From IMG/VR virus record IMGVR_UViG_3300029525_000001, positions 1,939-65,938 of that record: 64,000 nucleotides of DNA; one strand, written 5' to 3'. The stretch comes from a virus. Below the pieces are notes generated by a model that saw nothing but the letters and a program-made list of their open reading frames with translations, searched no databases and had not been told where the DNA came from. Shown piece by piece: positions 60,528 to 64,000 of the stretch (position 1 is its first letter; each line of letters starts with the position of its first letter). The translations under genes and the position numbers were made by a program.

Positions 60528-61697
60528 TTACTCAGTTACTTTCCCAAAGTCTATAAGTCTTCTTTTGATTTCAGAAGGAACATAAACATGGTAGTCTTCA
60601 ATGCCATCAAAATCACTGACAATATCAAAATTGTGTTTATATAATAAAACTTCCAATTTATGTGATATTTCGTAAAATTCTACATCAAATACATAATCAT
60701 ATATTTCATCGTCTGAATCAATTACATATCCCGCAAGATGATATTTTTCTTTTACTATTTTATGGAATCTTTTACTATAGTATTCGTTTAATCTTTTAAC
60801 TATATTGGTGGTAAGACCATATAATCGAGCTTCGACATTTGACCACCACATGTCTCCATTTCCACAAATACCAAATAGAAAATTATAAGTTCTCTTTTTT
60901 CTTATATCGCCTTTATTTGCTTTATAAGACTCTAAACTTTTTATCAAGTTATCTATTCCCTCAGGATTATCAGCTTCCTTGATAAGTTTAGCTTTTTCGA
61001 TTATTGCATCTATTTCCATATTTTATATGTTTTATTAAATTGTGACTTAGAAACTGAATCATCAGAAGATTTCTCTTTATTAAATTCTAATGATTTTAAA
61101 ATTTTTAATGCTTCTTCACTAGGTTGAGAAGTGCTATCTTTACTAGTTGAAGAACTAATAGAGTTAATTGAAGCATCAGTTTTACTAAGTGTACAAGAAT
61201 TTCCTCCCATAAGAGAATTTCCATATTCGAATAATTCATTCTTAGAAGGATATCTTCCGTACTTATGGTAATAATCACTCTGAAGAGTACATAGTCGCCA
61301 ATGTGCTAGCCACGGTCCCATGCTTCCGGATTCACTTCCTATTTTATCAATATAATCTTCAAATGCTCCCATTTTATACTTTTTTAGGTACAAAATATCT
61401 GTTATTTAATGCTAATTCTTCAAGCAAATACTTTACATCATCAGCTACCAATTTAGCAACTTCTTTTGATGAAATTGAAGGATTCGCATCTAATCTTCCT
61501 TGAAGTGCCATTAGAGTATAATCGTGTGTATATATATTTATTACACGCTTAAAATCCTCATAGCTATTTTCCGTAATAGCTTTCAAATCACTTAGCCAAA
61601 TAGCTAATTGTCTATGTTCTAAAGAACAACCTTCATTACAATTTTCTTGTTCTTTAGCTACCTTCTTACAATGTTCTATTGCTTCATCTAGTGTCAT
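60528..61697 (-). other. AT-rich three-gene cassette (60528-61019, 61010-61393, 61374-61697)
   Basis: Overlapping ORFs, visibly lower GC, flanked by direct repeats. Confidence 0.65.
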
Positions 61698-61732
61698 GTT
61701 ATTTATATTTATATCCCATAAGGGATGGTTAG

Positions 61733-64000
61733 TTACTCTGTTACTTTCTCAAGGGAAAAATAATCAATTCCCCAAGCTTGGCATTCGTATAGATAAGGTT
61801 CTCCGTTTTTCTTTATTTTTCGGATAAAAAAATGAACCTTGACTTCATTCTTGCCAAGAGACATGGCACTTTTTAGTTGTTCTATGATAAAGATATTGCC
61901 ATCTTTATCTTTTACCTTGTCACCTTTCTGAAAAGGTAACAAACTAAGGAAGTCGTTCATTATACCATTCTGCTTTTTGCGAAGCTCTGATATTTGTGAA
62001 TCCATCATCTTTAAACGACCTTCTACATTTTGTAATTTGTTGTATAATTCTATTTTAGTCATATTCTATCTATTTATGCCCGAAGGCGGTTAATACTTTG
62101 TGATTTCAAATTGGTCGTAAATCGGTGATTTCTTAACATGAGGTATAGAACCCAATCTGTTGTTATCTGTTACTATCACTATCTCCATATCACCTTCATT
62201 ATCACAAAGGTCTTGAAGTTGTTGAATAAATTCGCTTATAAGCATACTATTATATTTTATGCCCGAAGGCGGTTAGTTACTTTAAATAATTATTTTTAAT
62301 TTTATCTGGCAATTCAAATTGAATTTGAAATGTTCTGCGTATAGGATAGCCTTGATTTACATACGTCTTACCAAGATAAGCAGTAGTTGCAATACTTGCA
62401 TATCCTAAATTACCATTGCTCTCATAACAAGTTACATCACAATTATCATATACTGTGTCTATATCTGCTATGATTTTTCTGAGTTCTCCTAATTTCATAT
62501 CTCTATACTTTTAAGTTAACAACTTATTCTTATAATTATTATACACATCACATGGAAGAGTACAATAACAATATCTCGAATCTGATTCTTGACACTCTTT
62601 ATATTTATTAAAAGGACACTTAGCCATACCTACACATCCATTTCGTGATTAATATTCAAGCTAAAGAAAAGGTGCTGTAACTGATGAACAAAGCTAATGT
62701 AAGCGATGTGACTCATGTCTAGACCAACACACACCTCGAACGCACCATCTCTATCTCTATCTACACATCTAGATAGATATAAAAGAGTTCTTTCTAGTGG
62801 AATGTAATGCCGCCAATCATGATACATTTCTTTCTTCCATCCATTCTTCTTTAGAATCTCTGGAGTAAGACTTACTGGCTTTATATCCTCAACACCAACA
62901 AAGCAGTACACCAATCCTTCTTTAGGGCAAGACAAGTCAAAGTGACTTCCGTCTCTAGGCTCTTTAACAACCATGATTTTGTTGTCATACATAACAACAT
63001 CACTAACTATATATTTCTGTGCCATACGCTTTAATCTTTGCTATTAATGAAATCCTCATACTCACCTATCGTGATTTCCTTGAAATCAGAGTTGCACTTC
63101 TCGGCTCGGATGCCATCATCGAAGAAGGCGAAAATGCGGTCTTTGTGACGGAGAAGCTGAGTGATGGAGATAGAACTACTTTGAGAATCCCCTATGCCCA
63201 ACTCATTCAATATCTTGAAATGATTGGTAACAGCTTTATAGGAGGCAAGTACGGCGGCGACAGCTTTACCTTGCTTGTATCGCTTATTAGGCGCAATAGC
63301 TATATAGTAACCGTCCTCCAATTTTACACCGTCTATCTTCTTCCACACCTTCTTATCTAGCGTATCGTAACGCTCTGAAGGTACCCAGATAGCGGTTATC
63401 TCGTACTCTCGCAGCAAGCTGCTGTTAGGCTGATAGCCCTGATATTTTTCAAATTTGAAACCTACGGCTTCTTCTACTCGTTTCATGTAGGCTTTATGCT
63501 CTTCAAATTCAGCATCGAGAATACTCTTAATGTATTCATAAGCCTTTGTACCTTGTTTTGCTTCGTATAACATATCTCTTTATTTTTTACGATGATTAAA
63601 CTTCTTAATAGCATCTTTCTTTGAAGCTGCCATAATTTTTATCCCCTTGATGGTGAACTCATGCTGCGCCTTTAGCTGACACTTCTGCTTATCAGAAGGA
63701 ATATTGCCGCTTGGTGCGTCAAGTCTAGGACTTGAACACCCGAAAATATCATCTTGTGCATAAGCTGCCGTAGCAGCCATTATCAATGCCATTCTCATTA
63801 AATTTCTACTCATTCTTATCTCCTTTCTTTTTAGGAACATACTCATCTAACTCATCGTCAAACTCATAGCAGTCTGGGCAGTAGTGCTTATCACCTATCT
63901 CTGCCCATTCGCTTTCCATTGCTTGCTCTTTGGCAGTTCCTTCGTCCACCCAAGCCACAATGCCATTAAATTCATCAATAAAGGGCTTTCCGCATCTGTC
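61733..64000 (-). other. hypothetical CDSs (61733-62062, 62090-62245, 62277-62498, 62630-63025, 63031-63573, 63580-63813, partial 63806-64000 zinc-ribbon)
   Basis: Co-oriented ORFs; the 51-aa ORF 62090-62245 and the partial terminal ORF were translated manually. Confidence 0.65.

Larger units (their letters stand above)
60189..62280 (-). repeat. intergenic repeat family R2 (stop-CTAACC-hairpin-ATAAA), five copies
   Basis: Copies at about 60189-60224, 60505-60531, 61709-61736, 62074-62092 and 62257-62280, with different but self-complementary stems. Confidence 0.8.

Noticed and set aside
1..64000. Stop-codon reassignment as seen in some gut phages
   Set aside because: Long genes (tape measure, tail tip, terminase) are intact under the standard code and TAG, TGA and TAA all end genes.

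Overview
The whole window is tailed-phage DNA (long non-contractile tail type) from a Bacteroidota host. Canonical Bacteroidales TTTG-N17-19-TAnnTTTG promoters precede most operons; a Prevotella-like host is only my inference. Layout: (i) 1-15450, a leftward early/accessory region with a Bro-N antirepressor, two paralogous lipoproteins, a serine recombinase, a beta-clamp-like fusion protein and many small ORFs, with unusually structured intergenic spacers; (ii) 15450-16750, an AT-rich non-coding switch region; (iii) 16763-22770, rightward hypothetical genes; (iv) 22979-34685, leftward scaffold-capsid-neck-tail tube-chaperone (-1 frameshift)-tape measure genes; (v) 34827-46867, rightward TerL, putative TerS, portal and tail-tip/fibre genes; (vi) 46891-49582, a complete diversity-generating retroelement (target with VR, hairpin, avd, TR, RT) with 12 adenine-specific VR/TR differences; (vii) 50303-54072, a self-contained 7-gene module of unknown function; (viii) holin, DUF5675 endolysin and spanin-like gene; (ix) 55808-64000, leftward accessory ORFs including a DUF1653-dUTPase fusion, a DUF2829/Tad2-like protein and YopX. 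The most unusual signals are non-coding: a family of sequence-divergent but structure-conserved mini tRNA-like elements ahead of early genes, an antisense sRNA complementary to the early leader, and two families of covarying intergenic repeats that may mark gene-cassette exchange points. All family calls come from motif recognition by eye, not from database searches.
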